Source: an uncultured Candidatus Rokubacteria bacterium (GTDB lineage: Bacteria; Methylomirabilota; Methylomirabilia; Rokubacteriales; CSP1-6). Taken from it: 64,000 bases of DNA. A model generated the notes under the pieces. That model was given only the letters and a program-made list of their open reading frames with translations, had not been told where the DNA came from and did not search any database. Below, in pieces: positions 19,122 to 32,393 of the stretch; the first letter of the stretch is position 1, and every line of letters begins with the position of its first letter. The stretch spans positions 1 through 64,000 of the forward strand of contig CAWBMV010000022.1 in the NCBI GenBank assembly GCA_963789955.1, written 5' to 3'. Position numbers and translations under genes: made by a program.

Positions 19122-19189
19122 TCGGCTCGCCGGCTAACGCGGCGCGAGGGCAGGCGAGGCCGGGGCGCAGGCACGCTCGTCTTACTCGC

Positions 19190-20155
19190 TCACGCCGCCG
19201 GCGCGGCTAGGTACCACTGGTTGCCGAACGCGTCGCGCACCGCGGCACGCCGCTCGCCATAGGGCTGCAAGGTCGGCGTCTCCATCGATGTGGCACCGGC
19301 GGCGATTGCCCGGCGATACCAGGCATCCACCTCATCGACGTACAGATAGAACATCGTGGGCATGGGTCCCCACTCGTCGTGAGCCTCGCCCATCTCGATG
19401 ATCGAGCCGCCGACGCGGATCTTCGCGTGGACGATCGTGCCCTCGGGCGCGCGATGGACCGCCATCTCCTCGGCGGCGAAGGCTCGCTTCAGGAAGTCGA
19501 TCAGCTCGGGCGCGCCCCGCGGGTGCAGGTAGGGCGTCACGGCGGTGAGCCCCTCGGGGACGTGGCTCCCCTCCTGGTGCGTCGCGATATACCAGTGATT
19601 GCCCGCCAGGTCCTTGACGCTCGCTTCCCGATCGCCGTAGGGCTGGTCGACCGGGCTGCGGAGGGAAACCGCGCCCGCCGCGAGCGCGGCCTGATACACC
19701 CGGTCCGCATCGGGCACATAGAGATGAAGCGCCGTGGGTGTCGGCGTGCCGCCCCAGGCGCTGCCGCCGCCGATCATCACCTTCGTGTCGCCGATCTGGA
19801 CTTCGGCGTGCGTGCCTCCGCCCGTGCCGGTCGTCCGCAGGAGCTCCCGGGCGCCGAAGGCCTGCTTCACGAACTCGATGAGCTCGATGGCGCGCCGCAC
19901 GGCGAGATACGCGGTCACACTTCGAATGCCTCGGCCCGTGGTGCTGTCGATCGTGGTTGCGCTCATGGCTGCCCTCCTCATGAGATCTGTCGCGAGTCGC
20001 GCCTTGAACGACGGGCTCGGTAGATCTCCGAGATCTCGAGCGATCTGCAGCAGGTCGGTGAGCTCCGAATCGCCGGGTGACAGAGGGGCGCGCGGATCGG
20101 AGAGTGCCCGCTCCAAAGCCTCTGCCAGGCGATCGCTCCGAGCCTCTTCACTCAT
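19190..20155 (-). CDS. Tandem VOC/glyoxalase (PhnB-like) domain protein with an N-terminal helical extension
   Basis: Two repeats of VT(A/P)YL..A.ELI.F.K.AF.A.E ... QPYG.R...V.D..GN.WY. About 64-aa N-terminal extension. Overlaps the ECF sigma stop. Confidence 0.85.
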   Translation of the reverse strand: MSEEARSDRLAEALERALSDPRAPLSPGDSELTDLLQIARDLGDLPSPSFKARLATDLMRRAAMSATTIDSTTGRGIRSVTAYLAVRRAIELIEFVKQAFGARELLRTTGTGGGTHAEVQIGDTKVMIGGGSAWGGTPTPTALHLYVPDADRVYQAALAAGAVSLRSPVDQPYGDREASVKDLAGNHWYIATHQEGSHVPEGLTAVTPYLHPRGAPELIDFLKRAFAAEEMAVHRAPEGTIVHAKIRVGGSIIEMGEAHDEWGPMPTMFYLYVDEVDAWYRRAIAAGATSMETPTLQPYGERRAAVRDAFGNQWYLAAPAA

Positions 20156-20702
20156 CGACGTCCCTCATGCGAGATCGCAGGGTTTCGAGCGCGCGGAACT
20201 GGAGCTGCTTCACGGCGCCCTCGGTGCGGCCGAGCGCCTGGGCGATCTCGCGGATGCTTTTCTGCTCGACGAACCGAGCGACCACGACACGCTGCTGATC
20301 GTGCGGCAGGCGGCCGACCCGATCGCCGAGCATGGCGCGGCGGTCGGCATCGGTCCCGCCTTTCTCGCGCGGGTCCGGCGCCGGCTCTCCGCGCTCTCGC
20401 GCCGCACGCTGCCAGCGGTCGGTGACCGCGTTCCGGGCAATCTGGAGAAGCCAGGCCACGAACGGGACTCCTCGCCATTCGAAGCGACCGAGATTGGCAA
20501 GCGCCTGGTGAAAGACTTCGGCCGTCAGATCCTCGGCCTCACCGCGGCTGCCGGATCGACGGACCACGAACGCATAGACGCGGTCGAAGTTTTGCTCGTA
20601 CAGGTCGGCGAAGCGCTGAGGGTCGGCCTTGGCAGCCTCGATCAGGAGGCGCTCGTCGTCACCGCCTGAGGAGGTCTCCGTCGCCGATGAGCGTGCGGCC
20701 AT
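20148..20702 (-). CDS. ECF-type RNA polymerase sigma-70 factor
   Basis: Region 2 (AEDLTAEVF, FVAWLLQIARN) and region 4 (SIREIAQALGRTEGAVKQLQFRAL). Confidence 0.93.
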   Translation of the reverse strand: MAARSSATETSSGGDDERLLIEAAKADPQRFADLYEQNFDRVYAFVVRRSGSRGEAEDLTAEVFHQALANLGRFEWRGVPFVAWLLQIARNAVTDRWQRAARERGEPAPDPREKGGTDADRRAMLGDRVGRLPHDQQRVVVARFVEQKSIREIAQALGRTEGAVKQLQFRALETLRSRMRDVDE

Positions 20703-20759
20703 GGGTTCATACCGTATAACCGCCCACGCCGGCCAAAGGTCACGGCCGGCGTCGGTGCT

Positions 20760-21107
20760 TCACTTCTGGACCTCGACCTTAACCTTGGCCTTGCCGGCCT
20801 TCGCGAAGCCGAGCTCGTCGGCCGCCCGGTGCGTGACGTCGATCACGGCCGGATTCGAGGCGGCCATGCGGTCGTTCACGGTCACGATGACGCTCTTGCC
20901 GTTCTCGGCGTTCGTCACCTTCACCTTGGTTCCGAACGGGAGCTTCTTGTGGGCGGCGGTCAACCCATCCTTGTCGAACACGTCACCGCTGGCCGTCTTC
21001 TTGCCCTGGAACTTGTCGCCATAGAAGTTGGCGACCCCTTCCTCGGACTGGGCCCCGGCGATCCCGACCGCGCTGACGATCGCGAGCAACATGATCCACG
21101 ACTTCAT
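20760..21107 (-). CDS. rlpA: RlpA-family lytic transglycosylase (DPBB domain only)
   Basis: Signal peptide. Motifs G.A.FYG..F.GKKTASG, TAAHKKLPFGT.VKVTN, VNDR and IDVT..AA. Confidence 0.85.
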   Translation of the reverse strand: MKSWIMLLAIVSAVGIAGAQSEEGVANFYGDKFQGKKTASGDVFDKDGLTAAHKKLPFGTKVKVTNAENGKSVIVTVNDRMAASNPAVIDVTHRAADELGFAKAGKAKVKVEVQK

Positions 21108-21299
21108 GCGAGCTCCTTTCGCGTCCTGCGCGTCGCCAGAGGGTAGCGGAAGCCGCCGGAGTCAGAAATCGGACGAAAGGACCCTGTTCAGGGACTTTGG
21201 TCGCAGGCACCGGTTTGGCCAACTCGGCAATTTGACTCCGTTTTTTCCGGGGCATAGTATCGTGCGTCACGCGATCCGAGTGTGAAAGGGGGTGACTGC

Positions 21300-23196
21300 A
21301 TGTCTCGACCGTATCGTCGGCTGACTCAGCCGCTGGTCCGCGAGGCCGGAAGTCTGCGTCCGGCCACGTGGGACGAGGCGCTCGACCGGGCGGCCGCCGG
21401 GTTGCGCGGCATCGTCGACCAGCATGGTCCGCAAGCGTTCGGTCTCTTCAGCTGCTCGAAGAGCACGAACGAGACGAACTTCGTGGCCCAGAAGTTTGCG
21501 CGGAGCGTCATCGGCAGCAACAACATCGATAGCTGCAACCGGACGTGACACGCCCCGAGCGTCGCCGGGCTGGCGACGGTATTCGGCGCGGGCGGGGGAA
21601 CGAGCTCGTACCAGGAGGGTGAAGAGACGGACCTGATCCTGCTCTGGGGATCGAACGCGCGCGAGACGCACCCGATCTTCTTTCACCATCTGCTCAAGGG
21701 CCTCCGGAACGGCGCGCGGCTGTTCGCCGTCGATCCGCGACGGACGAGCTCCGTGCAGTGGGCGGAGGTCTGGGCGGCGCTCGACGTCGGCTCCGACATC
21801 GCGCTCGCCAACGCGATCGGCCGCGAGATCATCGCCGCGGGTCTCGAGCACCGCGAGTTCATCGACAACGCGACGACGGGATTCGACGACTATCGCCGCG
21901 GGGTCGAGCCGTACACCCTGGCCTACGCCGAGCGCGAGACCGGCGTGCCGGCCGCCACGATCCGCACGATGGCGCACGAGTATGCGCGCGCCCGTCGCGC
22001 GATGATCTGCTGGACGCTCGGGATCACCGAGCACCACAACGCGGTCGACAACGTGCTGGCGCTCATCAACCTGTCCTTGCTGACCGGCCACGTCGGTCGC
22101 TACGGCTCGGGGCTCAATCCGCTGCGCGGGCAGAACAACGTGCAGGGTGGCGGCGACATGGGGGCCTTGCCCGATCGTTTGCCCGGCTTCCAGCACGTCG
22201 AGCACGACGAGTTCCGGTCGAAGTTCGACCGCGCGTGGGGTGTCCCGGTTCCGCCCGAACGCGGGCTGGCATCTGTCGCAGATGTTCGAGGCGATGGAGC
22301 GCGGCGATCTGCGGGCGCTGTACGTCATCGGCGAGAACCCGCTCCAGTCCGAGGCCGACCAGAACCACGCTCGGCACCTGCTCGAGGGGCTGGACTTTCT
22401 GGTCGCGCAGGATCTCTTCCTCACGAAGACCGCGGAGCTGGCGCACGTCGTGTTCCCCGCCAGCGCGGCGTGGTGCGAGTCCGAGGGCACGGTGACCAAC
22501 AGCGAGCGCCGGGTCCAGCGTGTGCGCAAGGCCATCGAGGCCCCCGCGGGTGCTCGCGACGACGTGGCCATCCTCTTCGAGCTGGCCAAGCGGATGGGAC
22601 GCGACTGGGGGCGGCCGGACGCCGAGACCATCTGGAACGAGGTGCGCCGTCTCTCACCGATGCACGCGGGTATGAGCTACGCGCGCCTGGAGAAGCACGG
22701 CGGTCTGCAGTGGCCGTGCTACGACGAGGAGCATCCGGGCGAGCTGTTCCTGCACAGCCGTCTGTGGGAACGCCCGGTGCGCGGGCCGCGGGTCACCTTC
22801 GTCCCCGTCGAGCACGATCCGCCGGTCGACAAGCTCGACGCCGAGTTTCCGCTGCGGCTCACCACCGGGCGCCGGCTCGACGAGTACAACACCGGTGTCC
22901 AGAGCAGCGGGTATCACTCGCCGCTCCGCCGGGGCGAGAGCCTCGACGTCTCGCCGGAGGACGCGGACCGCTACGGCCTGCGCGAAGGCGAAGTCGTTCG
23001 CGTGCGATCGCGCCGCGGCGCCGTCGAGGTGCCGATTCGTCGCGACGAGGGCTTGCGCGCGGGGCTCACGTTCATGACCTTGCACTTCCCCGACGACGTG
23101 GCCACGAATCTGCTCACGATCGACGCCACCGATCCCAAGTCCGGCACCGCCGAGTTCAAGGCCACGGCGATCCGCATCGAGCGGCTGGGAGCCTGA
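21300..23196 (+). CDS. fdhF: Mo/W-bisPGD formate dehydrogenase catalytic subunit, selenocysteine-containing (UGA 21546-21548); frameshift near 22258
   Basis: NNIDSCNRT-UGA-HAPSVAGL continues in frame into WGSNARETHP and LRGQNNVQG. C-terminal LTTGRRL and GTAEFK lie in the next frame. Confidence 0.9.
21546..21586 (+). promoter_or_regulatory. Bacterial SECIS element of formate dehydrogenase
   Basis: UGA, 11 nt, then stem CGTCGCC (21560-21566) / loop GGGCT / GGCGACG (21572-21578). Flanking CCGA/TCGG can extend the stem. Confidence 0.8.
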
Positions 23197-23200
23197 GCCG

Positions 23201-25014
<1,814 letters not shown>

Positions 25015-25018
<4 letters not shown>

Positions 25019-26011
25019 AGTCCGACCCGATCTGGTTTCAGCCGCCGCCACCGCCGAGCCGGCCGCCGGCGGCACCGGACCGCGCCGCCGCGCCGCCGAT
25101 CGAGATCGTCATCGACGGCCAGCACACGACGGCCCCGGCCGGCTCGACGATTCTCGACGCGTGCCGCGCGCGTGGTGTCGACATCCCCACGATCTGCTTC
25201 CTGCCGACCTTGACGCCGGTCAACGTCTGTCGCGTGTGCGTCGTCGAGGTGACCGGATCGCGCGTGCTCGTCCCGGCGTGCTCGAGGCGCGTGGAGCCCG
25301 GGATGACGATCTCGACCGAGTCCGAGCGCGTGCGCGTATCGCGACGGATGGTCCTCGAGCTCCTGGCGTCGTCGGTCGATCTCTCGACCGCGCCGGGACT
25401 CGACGACATGATCCGGCGCTACGGCGCGCAGCCGACAGCGGTATGGCCGCCCCGCCGCGCCCGCGGGCGCGGGCGAGCGCGACGCGCGCGAGCCCGGACA
25501 TCACGAGGCGCCCGAAGGTGCGCAGGCGGAGACCGTCGCGCAGCCGGCGAAGGTCGACAACGATCTCTACATGCGCGACTACTCGAAGTGCGTGCTCTGC
25601 TACAAGTGCGTCGAGGCTTGCGGCGTCGACGCCCAGAACACGTTCGCGATCGCGGTGGCGGGACGCGGGTTCGACGCGCGCATCTCGACCGAGGCCGACG
25701 TGCCGCTGCCGGATTCGGCCTGCGTCTACTGCGGCAACTGCATCGGCGTCTGTCCGACCGGCGCGCTCATGTTCAAGCGCGAGCACGACATGCGGGCGAC
25801 CGGAACCTGGGATGAATCGAAGCAGCGCACGACCGACACGATCTGCCCCTACTGCGGCGTGGGTTGCACGCTCTCGCTCCAGGTCCAGGACAACCGGATC
25901 GTGAAGGTGACATCGCCCGCCGACGTCTCGGTCACCGGCGGGCATCTCTGCATCAAAGGCCGCTTCGGCTTTACCTTCGTCGAGCCTTCTTCTAGCGACG
26001 ACAACGCGTAG
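25015..26011 (+). CDS. Iron-sulfur subunit (2Fe-2S, 2x4Fe-4S and a C-terminal molybdopterin-oxidoreductase Fe4S4 domain); frameshift near 25440
   Basis: IPTIC..CRVCVV..PAC; CVLCYKCVEAC; CVYCGNCIGVCPTGAL; TICPYCGVGC...LCIKGRFG. Confidence 0.88.
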
Positions 26012-26144
26012 CGGAGCCTGACGACAGGCGCGCGAGTCGGGCGGGGCCTGGCTGCGCCACCCGCCCGGCTCCCGCGTCGGTCGCAGGCGGCAGCACGCTG
26101 TCTTTGCGGAGGCAGGGCTCGGAACTGGAGCCTCCCGCTGTGGC

Positions 26145-29100
26145 CTAGGAGCGCGAGGGGCCCGTGGCGGGGCGGAGGCCGAGGGTGGCGCGAGTGCGGG
26201 TCATCGCCCGGCCCATCGCGACGCGGAAGCGCTCCATATAGAGGTAGATGACCGGCGTCGTGTAGAGCGTGAGGAGCTGGCTCAAGAGCAGGCCGCCGAC
26301 GACGGTGATGCCGAGCGGGCGGCGGAGCTCGGAGCCCGTGCCCATGCCGAGCGCCAGCGGGAGCGCGCCCAGCAGCGCCGCCATCGTCGTCATCAAGATC
26401 GGGCGAAACCGGCGCAGGCACGCCTGGTGGACGGCGTCCTGGGCGCCGAGGCCGTGGTTGCGCTCGAGATCGAGCGCGACGTCGATCACCATGATGGCGT
26501 TCTTCTTCACGATCCCGATCAACAAGATGATCCCGATGATCGCGATGACCGAGAGGTCCAACCCGCAGAGGAGCAGCGCGAGCAGCGCGCCGACGCCGGC
26601 CGACGGCAGGGTGGAGAGAATCGTGAACGGGTGGATCAGACTTTCGTAGAGGACGCCCAGGACGATGTAGACCGCGATCAGCGCCGCCAGAATCAGCAGC
26701 GGCTGGTTGGCGAGCGCCGCCTGGAAGGCCTGCGCCGTGCCCGTGAACTTTCCCGTGATGTTGCCGGGGAAGCCCATCTTTCGCTCCGCGTCGTCGATGG
26801 CCTTGACCGCGTCGCCGAGCGCGACGTTCGGTGCGAGGTTGAAGAACACGGTCACCGACGGGAACAGGCCCTGATGGTTCACCTGGATGGGGCCCGTGCC
26901 CGTCCGGAACTTCGTGACCGAGGTCAGCGGCACGGTCTGGCCGGTGCTCGAGCGCACGTAGATGTTCGAGAGCGCGTCCGGTCGCTCCCAGTAGCGGGGC
27001 TCGAGCTCCATGACCACGTGGTACTGGTTCAGCGGCGGTGTAGATGGTCGACACCTGGCGCTGCCCGAAGGCGTCGTAGAGCGTATCGTCGATCATGCGG
27101 GTGCTGACGCCGAGCCGCGCGGCCGTGGCGCGATCGATGACCACCGGCACCTCCAGCCCGCGATTCTGCTGATCGCTGCTGACGTCGCGCAGCTCGGGCA
27201 TCTCGCGCATGGCGCGGACCAGACGGGGCGCCCACGTGTTCAGCTCGTCCAGGTTGTCGCTCTGCAGGGTGAACTGGTACTGCGCGTTGCTGATGCGACC
27301 GCCGAGCCGCACGTCCTGCACGGCCTGGAGGTAGAGCGTGGCGCCGGGCACCTGCGCGAGCTTGGGCCGAAGACGCGTGATGACCTCGTCGGCGGAGATT
27401 TTGCGCTCCTGCGCGCGGCTTGAGCGAGATGAAGCCGCGGCCGGTGTTCGCGGTGGTGCCGCGGCCGCCGCCGCCCCCCGTGAACAGGGTGACCGTGTCG
27501 ATCGCGGGATCGGATTTCAAGATCTCCGCGTAGCGCATCATCTTCTCGTGGATGGCCGCGAACGAGACGTCCTGCTGCGCGACGATGTTGGCGGCGAGCC
27601 GTCCGTTGTCCTGCTGCGGGAAGAAGCCCTTCGGCACGATGTTGAAGAGGTAGGCGTTCACCGCGAACGTCGCGAGGAAGATGATCATGGTGATCGCGGG
27701 ATGCCGCAGCGCGACGGTCAGCGTCCGGTCGTAGGCGCGCGTGATCGCGTCGAAGATTCGCTCGCCCAGCGACCGCGAGCCTCGGGCGATGCTGCGGGTC
27801 CTGCGGCCGCAGCAGAAGGGCGCACATCATCGGCGTCGTCGTGAGCGAGATCGCCAGGGACACCAGCACCGCGACCGAGAGCACCACCGCGAACTCGCGG
27901 AAGAGGCGTCCGACGATGCCGCCCATCAGGAGAATCGGGATGAAGACGGCCACCAGCGAGATGCTCATCGACAGCACCGTGAAGCCGATCTCCTTGGCGC
28001 CGGTCAGCGTCGCCTCGAGCACGCCCACGCCGCGCTCGATGTGGCGCATCACGTTTTCGACGACGACGATGGCATCGTCGACGACGAAGCCGGTGGCGAC
28101 GGTCAGCGCCATCAAGGAGAGGTTGTCGATGCTGTACCCGACCAGGTACATGATCGCGAAGGTGCCGATCAGCGCGACCGGCACCACGACGCCCGGGATG
28201 ATGGTCGCACGGATGTTTCTCAGGAACAGGAAGACGACGAGCACGACCAGGCCGATCGAGATCAGCAGCGCTTCTTCGACGTTCTTGACGGACGCGCGGA
28301 TCGTCACGGTCTGATCGAGGACCGGTCGCAGCGTGATCTCGGCCGGCACGAGCGCGCGCAAGTACGGCAGCTCCTCCCGGATCCGATCGACGGTGTCGAT
28401 GATGTTGACGCCGGGCTGGCGGAAGATGACGAGGACGACCGCGGTCTCGCCGTTGGACACCGCGCCGGCGCGGAGGTCCTCGACGGCGCCACGCACCTGA
28501 GCCACGTCGGTGAGATGGACGGGCGCCCCGTTGCGCCACGCGACGATCAGCGGCTCGTACAGCTTGGGGTCGCGCAGCTGATCCGTGGCGTTGATCTCCC
28601 AGGTGAAACGGCCGTCGTCGAGCTGGCCTTTGGGGCGGTTGACGTTGGCGGTGGCGAGGGCCTGCCGGACTTCGTTGAGACCGATGCCGTAGCGGGCGAG
28701 CGCCATCGGATTCAGCTCGACCCGGACCGCCGGGAGGGAGCTGCCGCCGACGAAGATCTGTCCGACGCCTTCGAGCCGCGCGATCTTCTGTTGCAGGACC
28801 GTGGAGGCGATGTCGTACATCCGCCCCTTGTCGAGGGTCTTCGAGGTGAGCGCCAGGATCAGGATCGGCGCGTCCGCCGGATTCGCCTTGCGATAGGTGG
28901 GAAGGTTCGGCAGATTCGGCGGCAGCTGGCCCACGGCCGCGGCGATGGCCGACTGCACGTCGCGCGCGGCGCCGTTGATGTCGCGCGCCAGGTCGAACTG
29001 CAGCGCGATCGTCGAGGCGCCGAGGAAGCTGACGGACGTCATCTCGGCCACGCCGGCAATGCGCCCGAACTGGCGCTCGAGCGGCGTGGCGACGGCCGAT

Positions 29101-29279
29101 GCCATCGTCTCGGGGCTCGCGCCCGGCAGACCCGCCACGACGTTGATGGTCGGGAAGTCCACCTGGGGCAGCGGCGCGACCGGGAGCAGCCGGAACGAGA
29201 TCACGCCCGCGATGACCAGCGCGATCGTCATCAAGGTGGTGCCGACCGGCCGGTGGACGAACGGGCTGGAGAGGCTCAC
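26145..29279 (-). CDS. mdtC: RND efflux transporter permease MdtC-like; about three frameshifts (27775, 27410, 27030)
   Basis: LPVAPLPQVDFPTI, GFVVDDAIVV, FFPQQDNG, GIVKKNAIM and RFRPILMTT are distributed over consecutive ORFs. Confidence 0.88.
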
Positions 29280-32200
29280 GGCGCAGTCACCGGGTGCCCG
29301 GCGCGCCGGCGCGCGCGCGCGCCGCGACGCGCGAGCCGTGCGGCGAGACCGTCGAACGCCAGATAGATGACCGGCGTCGTGTAGAGCGTGAGCACCTGGC
29401 TCACGATCAGGCCGCCCACGATCGCGACGCCGAGCGGCTCGCGCAGCTCGGAGCCCACGCCGTGACCGAACGCCAGCGGCACGCCGCCGAGCAGCGCCGC
29501 CATCGTCGTCATGATGATCGGCCGGAAGCGGAGGAGCGAGGCCTGCTCGATCGCCTCGCGCGCCGGCCGGCCCTGCGAGCGCTGCGCGTCGAGCGCGAAG
29601 TCGATCATCATGATCGCGTTCTTCATGACGATACCGATCAAGAGGATGATCCCGATCAGCGCGATCACGGAGAGATCGAGGCGCACGAGCAGGAGCGCCA
29701 GCAACGCGCCGAGGCCCGCCGAGGGCAGGGTCGAAAGGATCGTGATCGGGTGGATCCAGCTCTCGTACAGCACGCCGAGCACGATGTAGACGGTGACGAT
29801 CGCCGCCAGGATCAGGAACGGCTGGTTGGCCAGCGACGCCTGGAAGGCGCGCGCCGCGCCCTGGAATCCGGTCTGGATGCTCGGCGGCATGCCGATCTCG
29901 CGCGTGATCTGGTCGATCGACTTCACGGCGGCGCCCAGCGAGACGCCCGGCGCCAGGTTGAACGAGACCGTCACCGCGGGGAACTGGCCCTGGTGGCTGA
30001 TGGCGAGCGCGGTCGCGCGCTGCTCGATCGTCGCCAGGGTCGAGAGCGGCACCTGGCCGCCGGCGGACGAGCGCAGATAGACGCGGTCCAGCATCGACGG
30101 ATCGGCCCGGAACTCCGGCAGCACCTCGAGCACCACGCGGTACTGGTTCAGCTGCGTGAAGACCGTCGAGATCTGGCGCTGGCCGAACGCGTTGTACAGC
30201 GCGTCGACGATCATCTGGGGGGTGATGCCCAGGCGCGAGGCGGTGGCGCGGTCGATCTGCACGCTCGCCTGCAGGCCCTGATCGAGCTGGTCCGTCGCCA
30301 CGTCACGGAGCTCGGGCAGCTCGCGCAGGCGCGCCACGAACTTCGGCGCCCAGGCGCGCAGCTCTTCCTCGTCCGGGTCCTCCAGGCTGTACTGGAACTG
30401 CGTGCGGCTCACGCGATTCTCGACGGTCAGGTCCTGAACCGGCTGGAGGTAGAGCGTGATGCCGTCGACCCTGGACAGCGCCGGGCGCAGCCGGCTGATC
30501 ACGTCGCCCACGCTCTCGCCGCGCTCGGCGAGCGGCTTCAGCGTGATCTGGATGCGCCCGCTGTTGAGCGTCGTGTTCGTGCCGTCGATGCCGATGAACG
30601 ACGAGATGCTGGCGACCGCCGGGTCTTGCAAGATGACGCGGCCGAGCGCGCGCTGACGCTCGCCCATCGCGTCGAACGAGATGTTCTGCGGCGCCTCGGA
30701 GATGCCCAGGATGACGCCCGTGTCCTGGATCGGAAACAACCCCTTCGGCACCTGGATATAGAGCCAGAGCGTCAGCGCCAGGGTGCCGATCGCGACGACC
30801 AGGGTGAGCCCCTGGTGCCCGAGCACCCAGCGCAGGGTCCGGCCGTAGAACGCGACCAGGTGGTCGAACTGCCGCTCGGCGGCGCGCGCAAAGGCGCCGG
30901 GCCGGCGCTCGGCCACCGGCCTCAGCAGCTTGGCGCAGAGCATCGGCGTCAAGCGTCAGCGAGACGACCGCCGAGACGAGGATCGCCGCCGAGAGCGTCA
31001 GCGCGAACTCGCGGAACAGCCGGCCGACGATGTCGCCCATGAACAGGAGCGGGATCAGCACGGCGATCAGCGAGACGGTCAGCGACAGGATCGTGAAGCC
31101 GATCTGACTCGAGCCGACGAAGGCGGCCTGCAGCGGCGACTCGCCCTCCTCGAGGTAGCGGGTGATGTTCTCGATCATCACGACCGCGTCGTCCACGACG
31201 AAGCCGGTGGAGATGGTCAGCGCCATGAGCGAGAGGTTGTTCAGGCTGAAGCCGAGCCCGTACATGACCGCGAACGTCCCCACGATCGACACCGGCACCG
31301 TGATGCCCGGGATGAACGTCGCCGCCGCGCTTCGCAGGAACACGAAGATGACGAGGACGACCAGGACGACGGCCAGCATCAGCTCGAACTGGACGTCGTG
31401 GACCGAGGCGCGGATGGTCGTCGTGCGGTCGGTCAGCACCGTGACCTGCACCGCCGACGGCAGAGCGCTCTGGAGCTGCGGCAGGAGCTGCTTGACCCGA
31501 TCGACCACCTCGATCAGGTTGGCGCCGGGCTGGCGCTGGATGTTGACGATGATCGCCGGCGTGTCGCCCATCCACGCGGCCTGGCGGATGTTCTCGGCGC
31601 CGTCGATCACGTCGGCCACGTCCGAGAGCAGGAGGGGCGCGTTGTTGCGATAGGCGATCACGAGGGCCTGGTACTGCTTGCTCTGGAGGATCTGGTCGTT
31701 GGCCGCGATCGTGAACGACTGGAACGGCCCGTCGAGACTGCCTTTCGCCTGATTGACGTTGGCGGCCGCGACCGCGGCGCGCACGTCGTCCATGGTGAGG
31801 CCGTTGGCGGCGAGCCGGGCCGGGTTCACCTGGATGCGCACCGCCGGCTTCTGGCCGCCGGAGAGGGTGACGAGGCCCACGCCCGGGAGCTGCGCGATCT
31901 TCTGCACGAGCCGCGTGTCGGCGAGATCCTCGACGGCCGTGAGCGGCAGGGAGCTCGACGTGACCGCGAGCGTCAGCACCGGCGCGTCGGCCGGGTTCAC
32001 CTTGCTGTAGACGGGCGGATTCGGCAGGTCGCGGGGCAGGAAGGTCGCGGCCGCGTTGATGGCCGCCTGCACCTGCTGCTCGGCGATGTCGATCGACAGC
32101 GCCAGGTCGAACTGCAACGTCACGATCGACGACCCGCTCGAGCTGATCGACGTCATCTGCTTGAGGCCGGGGAGCTGGCCGAACTGCCGCTCGAGCGGCG

Positions 32201-32393
32201 CGGTGACGCCCGACGCCATGACGTCGGGGCTCGCGCCCGGATAGAACGTGACGATCTGGATCGTCGGGTAGTCGACTTGTGGCAGCGCGGCGACGGGCAG
32301 CTGCCGGTACGCCACGAACCCGGCCAGCACGATCGCCGCCGTCAGGAGCGACGTCGCGACCGGCCGGATGATGAACTGGCGGGAGAGGTTCAC
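29276..32393 (-). CDS. mdtB: RND efflux transporter permease MdtB-like; frameshift near 30950
   Basis: [35 protein letters not shown] and RFRPIIMTT across two ORFs. Confidence 0.9.

Noticed and set aside
22250..22265. Frameshift in FDH as programmed ribosomal frameshifting
   Set aside because: There is no slippery heptamer, and similar indels occur throughout the window in unrelated genes.
26145..32393. Similar DNA segments in the two RND genes as a repeat or assembly duplication
   Set aside because: Explained by ordinary MdtB/MdtC paralogy; the proteins are clearly diverged.
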